Assembly (NCBI GenBank): GCA_007135625.1
Contig: SLIM01000028.1
Span: 1 to 37,205, forward strand
Direction: 5' to 3'
DNA: 37,205 nucleotides
Origin: Gammaproteobacteria bacterium
GTDB taxonomy: Bacteria > Pseudomonadota > Gammaproteobacteria > Chromatiales > Chromatiaceae
The stretch's first letter is position 1. The number at the start of each line of letters is the position of its first letter. Below are positions 9,026 through 18,807 of this stretch, in pieces. Both the position numbers and the translations under genes were made by a program. The notes under the pieces are model-generated. The model was given only the letters and a program-made list of their open reading frames with translations. It did no database searches and was not told the origin of the DNA.

Positions 9026-9683
9026 AATTTCTCTGGACCATTAACGAATCCCAAACAGGGCCTTGGAAGGTATGGGGTAGATCCTACGCTATGCAACCCC
9101 TTGCTCCGCGGCCGGGCCTCCATGGCCTGTTGCAGACCATTCTACCCAACCTGCGCCATAGTGCATAGCTTTTTTCTTTGGCATCTGCACTTTTCTGCAA
9201 AACTACAAGAAAATAAATAGACTACGCATCCTGCTCGCACGGAGGGCCGCAGCAGAGTCTACGAGTAGCCAGGGCGATTCGATACCTCGCAATCGCTGAT
9301 AACATACCACAAATTCGCGCTTTGGGGGAGAGAAAAAACCCCTTAAAAACAAAATATAGGCGACGATTGTACAAGAAAAACCCATGATAATCAAAAAATC
9401 AATGCGCTCTCCTCGACGCACTATGAAAAAATGTGCATTAGGTATATAGTACAAGCAACTGAAGATATTGCAATGATTCAGGCGGGAAGCCTCCTGTAAT
9501 TCTATTTCAATGGGTATTTTGCTTGCGTGATTCCAGGGCTGCGGGTCGATCCGCCCTCTCGGCTGACCGCCCTCCCGGCTGAGTTCTATTCAATTCTTCA
9601 GGGATCTTATGGCGAGACAGCAAAGCGGTCTCGTCACGGGAAGAGTCATTGATGACTCAATCAACTGAACCTAAAAGGGGTAC

Positions 9684-10718
9684 ATGATGTACACAACCAC
9701 AACAGCACTGAAAAAAACCAGGCTACAGCGAGCCTTGGGGATTGCTCTGTTCGGCAGTATTGCCCTAGGCGCATCCGGGATGCTCTCCGCTAACTGGCAG
9801 GAGCATCTCACGATCAGCGGTCATGTCGCGATTGATGCTGTCTACGAAAAGATGGAAGAGGAGAACTATAGCGATCTGATCATCTCGGGGGCAGGACTCC
9901 ATTTTGCGGCGGAGATTGCGGAAAACGTCACGGCAGATATTGCTTTCTACTATGAGGATGGCTATGACCACCCCGATCTGGATGAGGCGACCATCTCCTT
10001 CAATCTTGGTGGCGGGCCACTGACCTTTGTGGCGGGGCGTACCTATCTCCCTTTCGGCGACTTCAGCAGTAACATGGTCTCTGACCCGATCACCCTTGCG
10101 ATGGGAGAGATTCGCGAGGATGCCTTGCTGCTCAATATGGAGATGGAGGGGCTTTACGGCTCGGTCTACCTGTTTAACGGGGATATCGAGAAGTACGATG
10201 CGAACGACACCCTTAGCAACTATGGTCTCCGCTTGGGGTACCACTGGGATCAGGGCGATACTTCGTTAGATATGGGGGTTGACTGGATCAACTCCATTTA
10301 CGATACCGATGGCATTGAGTGGGCGCTGAATGAACTCTACGGCACGAACACCGTCTTTAAGCGGATCAGCGGCTTAGGCGCTCATATCCATGGCCGCTAT
10401 GGGCCGTTTAGTCTCTATACCGGTTATGTCGGGGCGACTGATGATCTGGCTGGCAAGGGAACCAATACCCAGGCTAGAGCATGGAACCTAGAGGCGGGGT
10501 ATGATTTTCTAATCGGCGACATGGATGCCACCGTGGCCCTCGGCTACCAGGAGAGTACCGAGGCGGCGATGCTGGAGCTGCCGGAGAAGCGGATCAGTGG
10601 GGCGGTGAGTATGGAGGTGGCCAACCACACCACCCTCGCCTTTGAGTATCGGCGTGACACCGGCTATGATCGGGAGAAGAGCCACGCCGGAATTGCCCAG
10701 GTGGCCGTTGAGTTCTGA
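9684..10718 (+). CDS. Outer-membrane beta-barrel protein (porin-like)
   Basis: Signal peptide: KKTRLQRALGIALFGSIALGASGMLSA. The body is rich in alternating Gly/Tyr/Asp strands. The C-terminus ...HAGIAQVAVEF ends in the aromatic residue typical of OMPs. An AAAAGGGG Shine-Dalgarno precedes ATGATG. Confidence 0.6.
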   Translation: MMYTTTTALKKTRLQRALGIALFGSIALGASGMLSANWQEHLTISGHVAIDAVYEKMEEENYSDLIISGAGLHFAAEIAENVTADIAFYYEDGYDHPDLDEATISFNLGGGPLTFVAGRTYLPFGDFSSNMVSDPITLAMGEIREDALLLNMEMEGLYGSVYLFNGDIEKYDANDTLSNYGLRLGYHWDQGDTSLDMGVDWINSIYDTDGIEWALNELYGTNTVFKRISGLGAHIHGRYGPFSLYTGYVGATDDLAGKGTNTQARAWNLEAGYDFLIGDMDATVALGYQESTEAAMLELPEKRISGAVSMEVANHTTLAFEYRRDTGYDREKSHAGIAQVAVEF

Positions 10719-10736
10719 TCACTAGCGGCGAAGTGT

Positions 10737-10767
10737 AGCGGTCGGGTGCGCAACGCTCCCGGCCGCT
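10737..10767. terminator. Possible bidirectional stem-loop between convergent genes
   Basis: agcggtcgg (10737-10745) pairs with ccggccgct (10759-10767): 9 bp including one G-U, with a 13-nt loop. There is no good U-tract. Confidence 0.25.
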
Positions 10768-10778
10768 CTTGCCGGTGA

Positions 10779-11753
10779 TCACCTCCGCGATAGCCAGGCC
10801 CCATCAAACGCCTTGCGACCAAGATTTTGCAGGAGGTAGTTGCGGGCGTGTTCGACGCTCTCAAAACCTTCGATCTTGACCCGATAGCCCCCTTGGTGTT
10901 CGAATACAATAGCGATCAATCCCTGATTCTTAATCCCCCCGGCGATCTGCTCGGCGCTCGACCGATCCCGTAAGGAGGGTAAAGTGATCGACCAGTCGCC
11001 ATCTTCCGCACCACCCCGTCCGGCGGTGAGCATAAACGGGTCAGACCAGGAGACTTCGGCAGCCTCAGCGACGTGACGCACGAGCGCTTCGGTTTCGTGG
11101 TTGAGGGTTGAGACGCGCTGATACATCTGCTGCATTAACTGCTGCAGGGCGACCAGATCCCCCCCTTCGCCCAAGCGCACAATTCGCTCCTCAAGCTCCT
11201 GCATCTGTAGGTTGATCTGCTCCAGTTCGGCGGGTAGCCGAAGCAGGCTCTCTCCACTCGGCAGGCGCTGGTTTACCCCTTCGATCTCCGACACCAGCCC
11301 CTCGGTGGTGGTGCGTAGCTCCAAAACACGATTGAACAGCAGGTCAACGCGGTGGCTGACCCCTTTTAGCAGGTCCAGCTCCTCTAGGGCGGTGCGCTGC
11401 CCCTGCTCAATCGACTCGACTCGCTCCCCTAGCGTTCCTACGGTCATTCCGACGCGAACCGCGCCCGCGCCCACGAGCAGCAGGAGCAGGAGCAGAGCCA
11501 CCGGCAGCAGCCACGCTTGCTGCGGTCGTTCGAGGAGGCGACGCAGTCGCGCCTGGGTGTTCGCTAGCGTCACCGCCGAAAAGAGGGTAAGGTGGCTGCT
11601 TAGGAGAGGGTTCGAGTGGGTGGCCTGGGAGCTGCTGCTGCGGCGCCGACTGTGGCGCTTGCGCTTGTGGCGCGGCGGCGAGTAACTTGCGGCTAAGACC
11701 GGTCGTGCGGCATGAGCGGCATAAAGAGGTCGAACTTTAGGATTCCCTTCCAT
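10779..11753 (-). CDS. SPOR-domain membrane protein (basic N-terminus, one TM, coiled coil, C-terminal SPOR)
   Basis: The C-terminus WSITLPSLRDRSSAEQIAGGIKNQGLIAIVFEHQGGYRVKIEGFESVEHARNYLLQNL has a SPOR-like fold pattern. The TM is AWLLPVALLLLLLLVGAGAV. I place the start at ATG 11753 (MEGNPK, AAGGAA upstream). The track ORF extension to 12017 would overlap the divergent yffB start. Confidence 0.7.
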   Translation of the reverse strand: MEGNPKVRPLYAAHAARPVLAASYSPPRHKRKRHSRRRSSSSQATHSNPLLSSHLTLFSAVTLANTQARLRRLLERPQQAWLLPVALLLLLLLVGAGAVRVGMTVGTLGERVESIEQGQRTALEELDLLKGVSHRVDLLFNRVLELRTTTEGLVSEIEGVNQRLPSGESLLRLPAELEQINLQMQELEERIVRLGEGGDLVALQQLMQQMYQRVSTLNHETEALVRHVAEAAEVSWSDPFMLTAGRGGAEDGDWSITLPSLRDRSSAEQIAGGIKNQGLIAIVFEHQGGYRVKIEGFESVEHARNYLLQNLGRKAFDGAWLSRR

Positions 11754-11940
11754 CGCTTTGTTCCTTCTGCTGTAGCGAACATCCTGCTCGCTGTGACTGA
11801 ATACAATTCCAAGTAAAGACTTGTAGCTACCAGTAGCCGAACGCCCGAGAGAGTGCGCTCTGTCCCCTCTATGATAGCGCAAGCGATGCCGTTGTGCCGC
11901 TTTTTTGTTGCCGATAGCTGCTTTCTGAAGAGCAGCCCCG

Positions 11941-11969
11941 TTCATTCGACCACCGAATGCCGTTATAAT
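11941..11969 (+). promoter_or_regulatory. Candidate sigma70 promoter for yffB-dapE
   Basis: TATAAT at 11964-11969, about 40 nt upstream of ATG 12010. The -35 is weak: TTCATT at 11941-11946, with 17-nt spacing. Confidence 0.3.
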
Positions 11970-12009
11970 GCGCCACACGCTGCACCCGTCTCCCCTTTGA
12001 GGTACTCCC

Positions 12010-12354
12010 ATGACCACGCTCTACGGCATTTCCAACTGTGATACAATGAAAAAAGCGCGGCGCTGGCTTGATCAGCGGCAGATTGGCTACCACTTTCACG
12101 ACTATCGCAAGGATGGCCTGGAAGAGCAGGCGTTGCGCCACTGGGTGGCGCAACTGGGGTGGTCGCTGCTGCTCAATCGGCGCGGAATGGCGTGGCGCAA
12201 GCTGGACCCGGCAGTGCGGGAGCCGCTGGATGAGGAGCGGGCGATTGCGCTAATGCTGGAGAACCCGGCGATGATCAAGCGCCCTCTGCTGGAGCATCAG
12301 GGCGAACTCCACTTGGGATTTTCTGAAGAACTGTACCACAGGCTGCTGGCATGA
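12010..12354 (+). CDS. yffB: ArsC-family (YffB-type, Spx/ArsC fold) protein
   Basis: MTTLYGISNCDTMKKARRWLDQRQIGYHFHDYRKDGL...MIKRPLL has the single-Cys ArsC/YffB signature. Its end overlaps dapE by 4 nt, as in the enterobacterial yffB-dapE arrangement. Confidence 0.8.
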   Translation: MTTLYGISNCDTMKKARRWLDQRQIGYHFHDYRKDGLEEQALRHWVAQLGWSLLLNRRGMAWRKLDPAVREPLDEERAIALMLENPAMIKRPLLEHQGELHLGFSEELYHRLLA

Positions 12355-13481
12355 ATGATCCAACCCTTGAACTAGCGATGGCGCTCATCGCCCACCGCTC
12401 GATCACCCCGGAAGATGCCGGCTGCCAGCAACTGCTGGCGGAACGGCTGCAACCCCTGGGCTTTGTTATCGAACCGATGCCTTTTGGCGAGGTCTCCAAC
12501 CTCTGGGCCAGGCGCGGCGAGCAGGCTCCGCTGCTGCTTTTTGCCGGACACACCGATGTGGTCCCGAGCGGCCCACTGGCACAGTGGGATAGCCCCCCCT
12601 TCACCCCGACGCTGCGCGATGGGATGCTCTATGGCCGTGGTGCGTCGGATATGAAGGGGGGGATTGCCGCAATGGTGACCGCCTGCGAGGCGTTTATCGG
12701 TGAGTACCCCGACCATCGCGGCTCGATTGCTTTTCTCATTACCAGTGATGAGGAGGGGCCTGCCGCCGACGGTACGGTGCGGGTGGTGGAGCGTTTGCAG
12801 CAGCGCGCTGAGCAGATCGACTACTGCCTGCTTGGCGAGCCGAGCTGTAACCAGCAACTGGGGGACTGCATTAAGAATGGGCGGCGCGGTTCGCTCAATG
12901 GCGACCTGGTGATCTACGGCACGCAAGGCCATGTCGCCTACCCCCACCGCGCCCACAATCCGCTGCACGCCTTTGCCCCGATTCTGGAGCGGCTCTGCCG
13001 CGAGGAGTGGGATCACGGCAACGCCTTTTTCCCCCCGACCAGTTTTCAAATCGCCAATCTGCAGATGGGTACCGGTGCCGATAATGTGATCCCGGGGGAG
13101 CTGCAAATGCAGTGCAACTTTCGCTACAGCACCGAACTCGATCCGCAGCAGATCGACACCCGCCTTCGCGCCTTGCTCGATCAAGGGGATTTTCGCTACC
13201 AACTCACTTGGCGACACTCCGGCCCCCCCTTCCTGACTCCCAGCGGGGAGTTGGTCCGCGCCACTCAGGAGGCGATTACGGCGGTGACCGGTCTGCGCCC
13301 CGAACTCTCTACTAGCGGCGGTACCTCCGATGGCCGCTTCATCGCCCCTAGCGGGGCCGAGGTGCTGGAGTTCGGGCTGCTCAATGAGACCATCCATAAA
13401 GTCAATGAGTCGGCCCGCTGCGATGACCTTGGCCGCCTCTCGACCATCTACCGTGGAGTCCTCGAGCGGCTGTTACGGTGA
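12351..13481 (+). CDS. dapE: Succinyl-diaminopimelate desuccinylase
   Basis: 376 aa with M20 peptidase motifs: LLLFAGHTDVVPSGPLAQWDSPPFTPTLRDGMLYGRGASDMKGGIAAMV and ...SDEEGPA... Full length is collinear with DapE. Confidence 0.93.
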   Translation: MNDPTLELAMALIAHRSITPEDAGCQQLLAERLQPLGFVIEPMPFGEVSNLWARRGEQAPLLLFAGHTDVVPSGPLAQWDSPPFTPTLRDGMLYGRGASDMKGGIAAMVTACEAFIGEYPDHRGSIAFLITSDEEGPAADGTVRVVERLQQRAEQIDYCLLGEPSCNQQLGDCIKNGRRGSLNGDLVIYGTQGHVAYPHRAHNPLHAFAPILERLCREEWDHGNAFFPPTSFQIANLQMGTGADNVIPGELQMQCNFRYSTELDPQQIDTRLRALLDQGDFRYQLTWRHSGPPFLTPSGELVRATQEAITAVTGLRPELSTSGGTSDGRFIAPSGAEVLEFGLLNETIHKVNESARCDDLGRLSTIYRGVLERLLR

Positions 13482-13531
13482 CGGCGGCGCTAAGGAGAGA
13501 AACCATACCACTGATTTAGGAGAGTACCCCG

Positions 13532-15265
13532 ATGCAGCAGCACCCTACTCCACACGGCGCGACGCTCACCGGCCCCGCCGCTGATCCCGCCGCCCCCTTC
13601 GCGCAGCACTACCGCCGCCCGCAAGAACACCCCTTTCGTGCGGAAGATCGGGAGCGGGTCACGCTGCTGCTGGGGGGCTTGACCCGCAGCCAGGATCGCC
13701 TGCTGCAGGCGGTTTTTGAGGGGCAGGGCTATCGTGCCGCCCTGTTACCGCTGCCTACCCGCGCCGACCTGCAAACCGGCAAGGAGTATGGCAACAACGG
13801 CCAGTGCAACCCCACCTATTTTACTGTCGGTAGCTTGGTTCGCTATCTGATTCGGCTGCGCGATGAGGAGGGGATGGGTACCCAGCAGATTCTGCGTGAC
13901 TACGCCTTTCTTACTGCGGGCAGTTGCGGCCCCTGTCGTTTCGGGATGTATGAGTCGGAGTACCGCCTGGCCCTGCGTAACGCCGGTTTTGAGGGTTTTC
14001 GGGTGTTGATCTTTGAGCAGAGTGGTGCCATCACCCAAAACGGCGAGCGCGGGGGGCTGGAGATCACCCCGGAGCTGTTCCTCGGACTGCTGAATGCGAT
14101 TCTCATTGGTGATACCCTGAATGCGATCGGCTACCAGGTGCGCCCCTACGAGCGTGAGCCCGGCGCACTTCAGCGCACCATGGAGGCGTGTATCCGCCTG
14201 TGCGAGGAGGCGCTGCGCAACCCTCCGCAACCTGCTGCGCCCGGCTTGGTTGCCCACCTCCTCGCCCGCCTGTTTAACCTGAAGCAGCCGCAACACGCTG
14301 CACTGCTCCTCGATCGACTGCGCAGCGGTTACTACTGCGACACCTTGGAGCGCTGCCGCGAGCTGCTGGAGCAGCAGGTCGAGGTCGATTACACCCGACC
14401 GCGTCCGCTGGTCAAGATCACTGGGGAGTTTTGGGCGCAGACTACCGAGGGGGAGGGGAACTACCATATCTTTCGCTTTTTAGAGGGGGAAGGGGCCGAG
14501 GTGCTGGTCGAGCCGGTGGCCACTTGGGTCGACTATCTGCTTCACGACATCGACCTCAAACTGCGTGATCGGCGCGGCCTTCCCGCCTCTCTCGACGGCA
14601 CACCCTACCCGACCCGCACGCTGCGCAGTATGCTCCAAGGATTCAGGCGGCGGGTTGCGGTGCGCCTGGCGCAGTGGGCCTTTGTGCGTGAGCATGAGCG
14701 CATTCGCCACGCCGCTGGCGGTACTACCCATCCGCTGGTGAGCCAGCACGAGCTGCAAGCGCTCGGTCACCCCTACTATAACCCCCGCGCTACCGGTGGT
14801 GAGGGCTATCTGGAGGTGGCGAAGAATATCTACTACTTCCATCGCCACCTCGCGCACATGACGCTCTCCCTCAAGCCCTTCGGCTGTATGCCCTCGACCC
14901 AGTCGGACGGTGCCCAGGCGGCGGTGATGGCGCACTATCCCGACCTTATCTACCTGCCGGTGGAGACCTCCGGGGAGGGGGAGATTAACGCCTACTCGCG
15001 GGTGCAGATGGCCCTTGGCGAGGCCAAGAGTCGCTGTAAAGAGGAGTTTCGCGCTGCGCTTGCGCAGAGTGGCCACACCCTGGAGGAGATTCGTGCCTAC
15101 GTCGCGGCCCACCCGGAGCTGCGCCGTCCGCTGCAACCGATTCCCCACCATCCCGCAACCATTGGCCGCGCCGCTAATTTTATCCTCCATGTTGCGGCCC
15201 GTATGGCGAACGATCCGGCGCGGCACGCCACCACGCCCGGCCAATTTGTCCCCCATGATGCCTAA
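13532..15265 (+). CDS. BCR/HAD-family (2-hydroxyacyl-CoA dehydratase / benzoyl-CoA reductase-like) component, uncharacterised
   Basis: Cys-containing motifs typical of this family: GKEYGNNGQCNPTYFTVGSLVRYL, AGSCGPCRFGMYESEY and LKPFGCMPSTQSDG. It lies 26 nt upstream of the double-ATPase activase-type gene. Confidence 0.6.
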   Translation: MQQHPTPHGATLTGPAADPAAPFAQHYRRPQEHPFRAEDRERVTLLLGGLTRSQDRLLQAVFEGQGYRAALLPLPTRADLQTGKEYGNNGQCNPTYFTVGSLVRYLIRLRDEEGMGTQQILRDYAFLTAGSCGPCRFGMYESEYRLALRNAGFEGFRVLIFEQSGAITQNGERGGLEITPELFLGLLNAILIGDTLNAIGYQVRPYEREPGALQRTMEACIRLCEEALRNPPQPAAPGLVAHLLARLFNLKQPQHAALLLDRLRSGYYCDTLERCRELLEQQVEVDYTRPRPLVKITGEFWAQTTEGEGNYHIFRFLEGEGAEVLVEPVATWVDYLLHDIDLKLRDRRGLPASLDGTPYPTRTLRSMLQGFRRRVAVRLAQWAFVREHERIRHAAGGTTHPLVSQHELQALGHPYYNPRATGGEGYLEVAKNIYYFHRHLAHMTLSLKPFGCMPSTQSDGAQAAVMAHYPDLIYLPVETSGEGEINAYSRVQMALGEAKSRCKEEFRAALAQSGHTLEEIRAYVAAHPELRRPLQPIPHHPATIGRAANFILHVAARMANDPARHATTPGQFVPHDA

Positions 15266-15291
15266 CAATCCTCAACCCAGGAAGTTGTCGC

Positions 15292-18200
15292 GTGCCTGAT
15301 CACCCCCACTCTGTTAGCGTCCCTTTTCACCTCGAACGCCGCCCGGCGGCAACCGCCAGCCCCCGCTTTCGCCCCACCGAGCGCTATCCGCAGGGGGTGA
15401 TGATCGGCCTTGATGTTGGCTCCACCACCGTTAAGGCGGTGGTTATCGACCCTCAGCACGATACCATTTTGTGGCGTGACTACCAGCGCCACGAGACCCG
15501 TCAGGCGGAGAAGAGTCTGGAGTTCCTGCTGCGCATTGGGCAGGCGCTGCCCGCTCTACCGCACAGTGCGATTCGCCTGTTTCTCACCGGCTCCGGCGGG
15601 ACGACCCTACTCCCCCATATCGGAGGGAAGTTCGTTCAGGAGGTGAATGCCGTCTCGCTCGCCGTCGAGCATCTCCACCCTGAGGTGCAGGGGGTCATTG
15701 AGCTGGGCGGGCAGGATGCCAAGATCATCATCTTTAAGGAGAGCGAGAGCGGGAAGAAAAAGATTCCTTCGATGAATGATAAGTGCGCCGGCGGCACCGG
15801 GGCGGTGATCGACAAAATTAGCGCTAAGTTGCGCATTCCCCCCGAGCAGCTCGGCCAGATGGGCTACCACGGCCTCGCCCTGCACCCGGTCGCGGGCAAG
15901 TGCGGGGTGTTTGCCGAGACCGACATTAACGGCCTGCAAAAGCAAGGGGTTCCCGCCGATGAGCTGATGGCCTCGCTGTTTGAGTCGATCATTCAGCAGA
16001 ACCTCTCGGTGCTGACCCGAGGCCATACCCTGCGCCCTAGTGTCCTGCTGCTGGGGGGGCCAAACACCTATATCAAAGGGATGCGGGAGTGCTGGAGCCA
16101 CCACTTGGCGCAGATTTGGGATGAGCGTGGGGTTCCCCTCCCCGACCCGAGCCGCGAACCCGATGAGTTTATTATCACCCCCGACGATGCCCAGTATTTT
16201 GCCGCTATCGGGGCGGTGCTGTTCGGGCAGCAGGAGGTGAGTGAGCATCCCGATCTCGGAGGTTACCTCGGCCCGCAGGGGCTGGAACACTATCTGGCGC
16301 ATGGCCGCGCCGCTGCTCGCGGCGGTGGTAGCAGCGGGTTGTGGCGTAGTCGCAAGGAGCTGGCGCGTTTTCTTGACGAGTACCACCGCCCTCCCTGGCA
16401 GTCGCAACGCCTCGCCCACGGCCAGACCCTGCGTGCTTTTATCGGTCTGGATGGCGGCTCCACCTCGACCAAGGGTGTGCTGCTCAATGAGAAGCTGGAG
16501 GTGGTCGCCAAGGCCTACCAGCTCTCCTGTGGGAACCCGATTGAAGATACTATTGAGATTATCGACTCTCTCGCCCGACAGGTGGATACCCAGGGGGCGA
16601 CCCTGGAGATCCTCGGGGTCGGCACTACCGGCTACGCTAAAGATACCCTTAAAGAGGTTTTGCAGGCCGATAGCGCCTTGGTCGAGACGGTCGCCCATAC
16701 GAAGGCGTGCCTCCACTTTTTTCCCGGCAGTGATGTGATTATTGATGTCGGTGGTCAGGATATTAAGCTGATTACGCTAAAAGATGGACGGGTTAAGGAC
16801 TTTAAGCTCAATACCCAATGTTCGGCAGGCAATGGCTATTTTCTCCAATCGACGGCGCAAGGGTTCGGCTTCGATATCCGCAATTATGCGGACATCGCCT
16901 TTAGTGCCGAGTCGATGCCGGAGTTCGGCTACGGCTGCGCCGTTTTTCTGCAATCTGATATTGTTGATTTTCAACGCAAGGGGTGGCAGGCTAATGAGAT
17001 TATGGCCGGACTGGCCGCGGTGCTGCCGAAGAATATCTGGCTCTACGTCGCCCAGATCCCCAACCTGACCAAGCTCGGGCGGCGCTTTGTGCTGCAAGGG
17101 GGTACCCAGTACAACCTCGCTGCGGTGAAGGCCCAGGTGGACTTTATCCGCTCCCGCTTTCGCTCTAGTGAGCAGGGGTGTGAGGTGATCGTCCATCCCC
17201 ACTGTGGCGAGTCGGGGGCGATTGGTGCCGCACTGGAGGCCCACCGCCTCTACCAGGAGCAGGGACACCGCAGCAGCTTTATCGGTCTCGAACGGGTGCG
17301 CCAGATCCGCTATATTACCCACCGCAGCGAAGAGACCCGCTGCCACTTCTGTAAAAATGCCTGCCTGCGTACCTTTATCGACGTAACCACCACCCTCCCG
17401 AGCGAACTACCGCCCCCCACCCTGCGCGATGAGGGACGCACCAGCCGTTGGGCCTCGAAGATCGCAGTCCAGCCCGGTCATCAGCGGATGATTGTGGCTA
17501 CCTGCGAAAAGGGGACGGTTGAGGATCTCGACCAGATGCGCCAGATTAAGGCGGGACTCGATGAGGTGCGCGAGCGCAACCCCAACTTCGTCGCACTCGC
17601 CGCTAAAGCTGCTTTTCAATCGGTTACCGTCGAGAGTGTCGCTGATCCACTACCCGATCCGCAGTTTTTTCATGTTTTTGGCAAGCGGGCGATGCAGCAG
17701 CGGCGCAGCGCAATGGAGCGCCGTCGCAAGGTGCGGATCGGCATTCCGCGAGTTCTCAACCTCTACTCTCTCGCCCCTTTCTTTATCGGTTGGTTTAGCG
17801 CTCTTGGTGTACCCTACAAAAATCTTGTTTTTTCCGACTACACCGACCAAGAGCTTTACAAGCGCGGGGCCAAGCGCGGCAGTATCGACCCTTGCTTTCC
17901 CAGTAAGTTGGGGATTCCCCATGTGCATGATTTGGTCTATCGCCACCACCAGCGCAAACCGCTGACCCATATCTTTTTTCCGATGATCGATTCGATCCCC
18001 TCAATGCTCCACGGGGTGCTCGATAGCCGCGCCTGTCCAACCATTACCGCCACCCCGGAGGCGACCCATGCCGCTTTTATCAAGGAGGGGGAGTTCTTCA
18101 GCGAGCACAATATTCTCTTCAAAAAGACCTTTCTCAACCTTGCAGAACCGCCGCTGTGTGCCGATCAGCTCTACCGTGATTGGGGTACTGAACTCGGGAT

Positions 18201-18804
18201 CAGCCGGGGGGAGTCACGACGGGCGGTTGCTGCCGGATTGCAGGCGTTAGAGGCGTTCTACCAAGGGCTGCGTCAGCGGCAGTATGCTACCCTGGAGATG
18301 CTGGAGCGTGAGCGGCGCATCGGCGTGGTGCTGCTGGGTCGTCCCTACCATAACGATCCCGGTATCAATCATGAGATTTTGGAGGAGCTGCAACGCCAGG
18401 GCTATCCGATTCTATGGCAAGATGCTCTGCCGCTAGATTCCGCTCTGATGCAGCGTCTGTTTGGTGAGGAGCTGCGTTTGGGAGTGCTGGAGTCGCCGCT
18501 GTCGATTGATGATGTCTGGAAAAATAGCTACTCGGAGAACACTTCGCGCAAGCTGTGGGCTGCGAAGTTTACGGCTCGCCATCCTAATCTGGTTGCGCTG
18601 GAACTCTCCTCGTTTAAGTGCGGACATGATGCCCCGATCTATACCGCAATTGAGGAAATTATCGAGAGTTCGGGAACCCCGTACTTCTGTTTTAAGGATA
18701 TCGACGAGAACAAGCCGAGTGGCTCGATTAAGATTCGTATCGAGACTATCGCTTACTTTCTTTATCGCTATCGGGAGCAGCTTTATGGGGGGGTGGAAGG
18801 GTAA
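15292..18804 (+). CDS. Acyl-CoA dehydratase activase-related protein: two BcrAD/BadFG-type ATPase domains plus a C-terminal 'CoA enzyme activase' (DUF2229-like) domain
   Basis: Two ASKHA ATPase starts: MIGLDVGSTTVKAVVID and FIGLDGGSTSTKGVLLN. Both are followed by ..GGQD(A/I)K.. and CAGGTGA / CSAGNGYF motifs. The C-terminal half has RIGIPRVLNLYSLAPFF..., DPCFPSKL and LSSFKCGHDAPI. The start may instead be GTG/ATG at 15397/15400. Confidence 0.8.
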   Translation: MPDHPHSVSVPFHLERRPAATASPRFRPTERYPQGVMIGLDVGSTTVKAVVIDPQHDTILWRDYQRHETRQAEKSLEFLLRIGQALPALPHSAIRLFLTGSGGTTLLPHIGGKFVQEVNAVSLAVEHLHPEVQGVIELGGQDAKIIIFKESESGKKKIPSMNDKCAGGTGAVIDKISAKLRIPPEQLGQMGYHGLALHPVAGKCGVFAETDINGLQKQGVPADELMASLFESIIQQNLSVLTRGHTLRPSVLLLGGPNTYIKGMRECWSHHLAQIWDERGVPLPDPSREPDEFIITPDDAQYFAAIGAVLFGQQEVSEHPDLGGYLGPQGLEHYLAHGRAAARGGGSSGLWRSRKELARFLDEYHRPPWQSQRLAHGQTLRAFIGLDGGSTSTKGVLLNEKLEVVAKAYQLSCGNPIEDTIEIIDSLARQVDTQGATLEILGVGTTGYAKDTLKEVLQADSALVETVAHTKACLHFFPGSDVIIDVGGQDIKLITLKDGRVKDFKLNTQCSAGNGYFLQSTAQGFGFDIRNYADIAFSAESMPEFGYGCAVFLQSDIVDFQRKGWQANEIMAGLAAVLPKNIWLYVAQIPNLTKLGRRFVLQGGTQYNLAAVKAQVDFIRSRFRSSEQGCEVIVHPHCGESGAIGAALEAHRLYQEQGHRSSFIGLERVRQIRYITHRSEETRCHFCKNACLRTFIDVTTTLPSELPPPTLRDEGRTSRWASKIAVQPGHQRMIVATCEKGTVEDLDQMRQIKAGLDEVRERNPNFVALAAKAAFQSVTVESVADPLPDPQFFHVFGKRAMQQRRSAMERRRKVRIGIPRVLNLYSLAPFFIGWFSALGVPYKNLVFSDYTDQELYKRGAKRGSIDPCFPSKLGIPHVHDLVYRHHQRKPLTHIFFPMIDSIPSMLHGVLDSRACPTITATPEATHAAFIKEGEFFSEHNILFKKTFLNLAEPPLCADQLYRDWGTELGISRGESRRAVAAGLQALEAFYQGLRQRQYATLEMLERERRIGVVLLGRPYHNDPGINHEILEELQRQGYPILWQDALPLDSALMQRLFGEELRLGVLESPLSIDDVWKNSYSENTSRKLWAAKFTARHPNLVALELSSFKCGHDAPIYTAIEEIIESSGTPYFCFKDIDENKPSGSIKIRIETIAYFLYRYREQLYGGVEG

Positions 18805-18807
18805 GGG

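Noticed and set aside
9179-9200. TGGCAT...CTGCA resembling a sigma54 -24/-12 element
   Set aside because: The GG and GC dinucleotides are not separated by the required 10 nt in either possible register.
9260-9300. tRNA-like T-loop fragment (gggcgattcgatacc)
   Set aside because: I could not fold an acceptor stem, anticodon arm or D-arm around it, and the T-loop consensus GGTTCGAATCC is only partly matched.
11754-12017. N-terminal 88 codons of the 412-aa ORF
   Set aside because: This extension would overlap the divergent yffB start and its promoter region, and it has an odd composition. ATG 11753 with an AAGGAA Shine-Dalgarno gives a sensible basic-TM-coiled-coil-SPOR protein.
12372-13397. 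341-aa minus-strand ORF
   Set aside because: It lies antisense to dapE, which has clear M20 peptidase motifs. This is a typical high-GC shadow ORF.
15607-16716. 369-aa minus-strand ORF (also 13745-14467, 14480-15268 and 16777-17346)
   Set aside because: These are shadow ORFs opposite the BCR/HAD pair, with no recognisable motifs.
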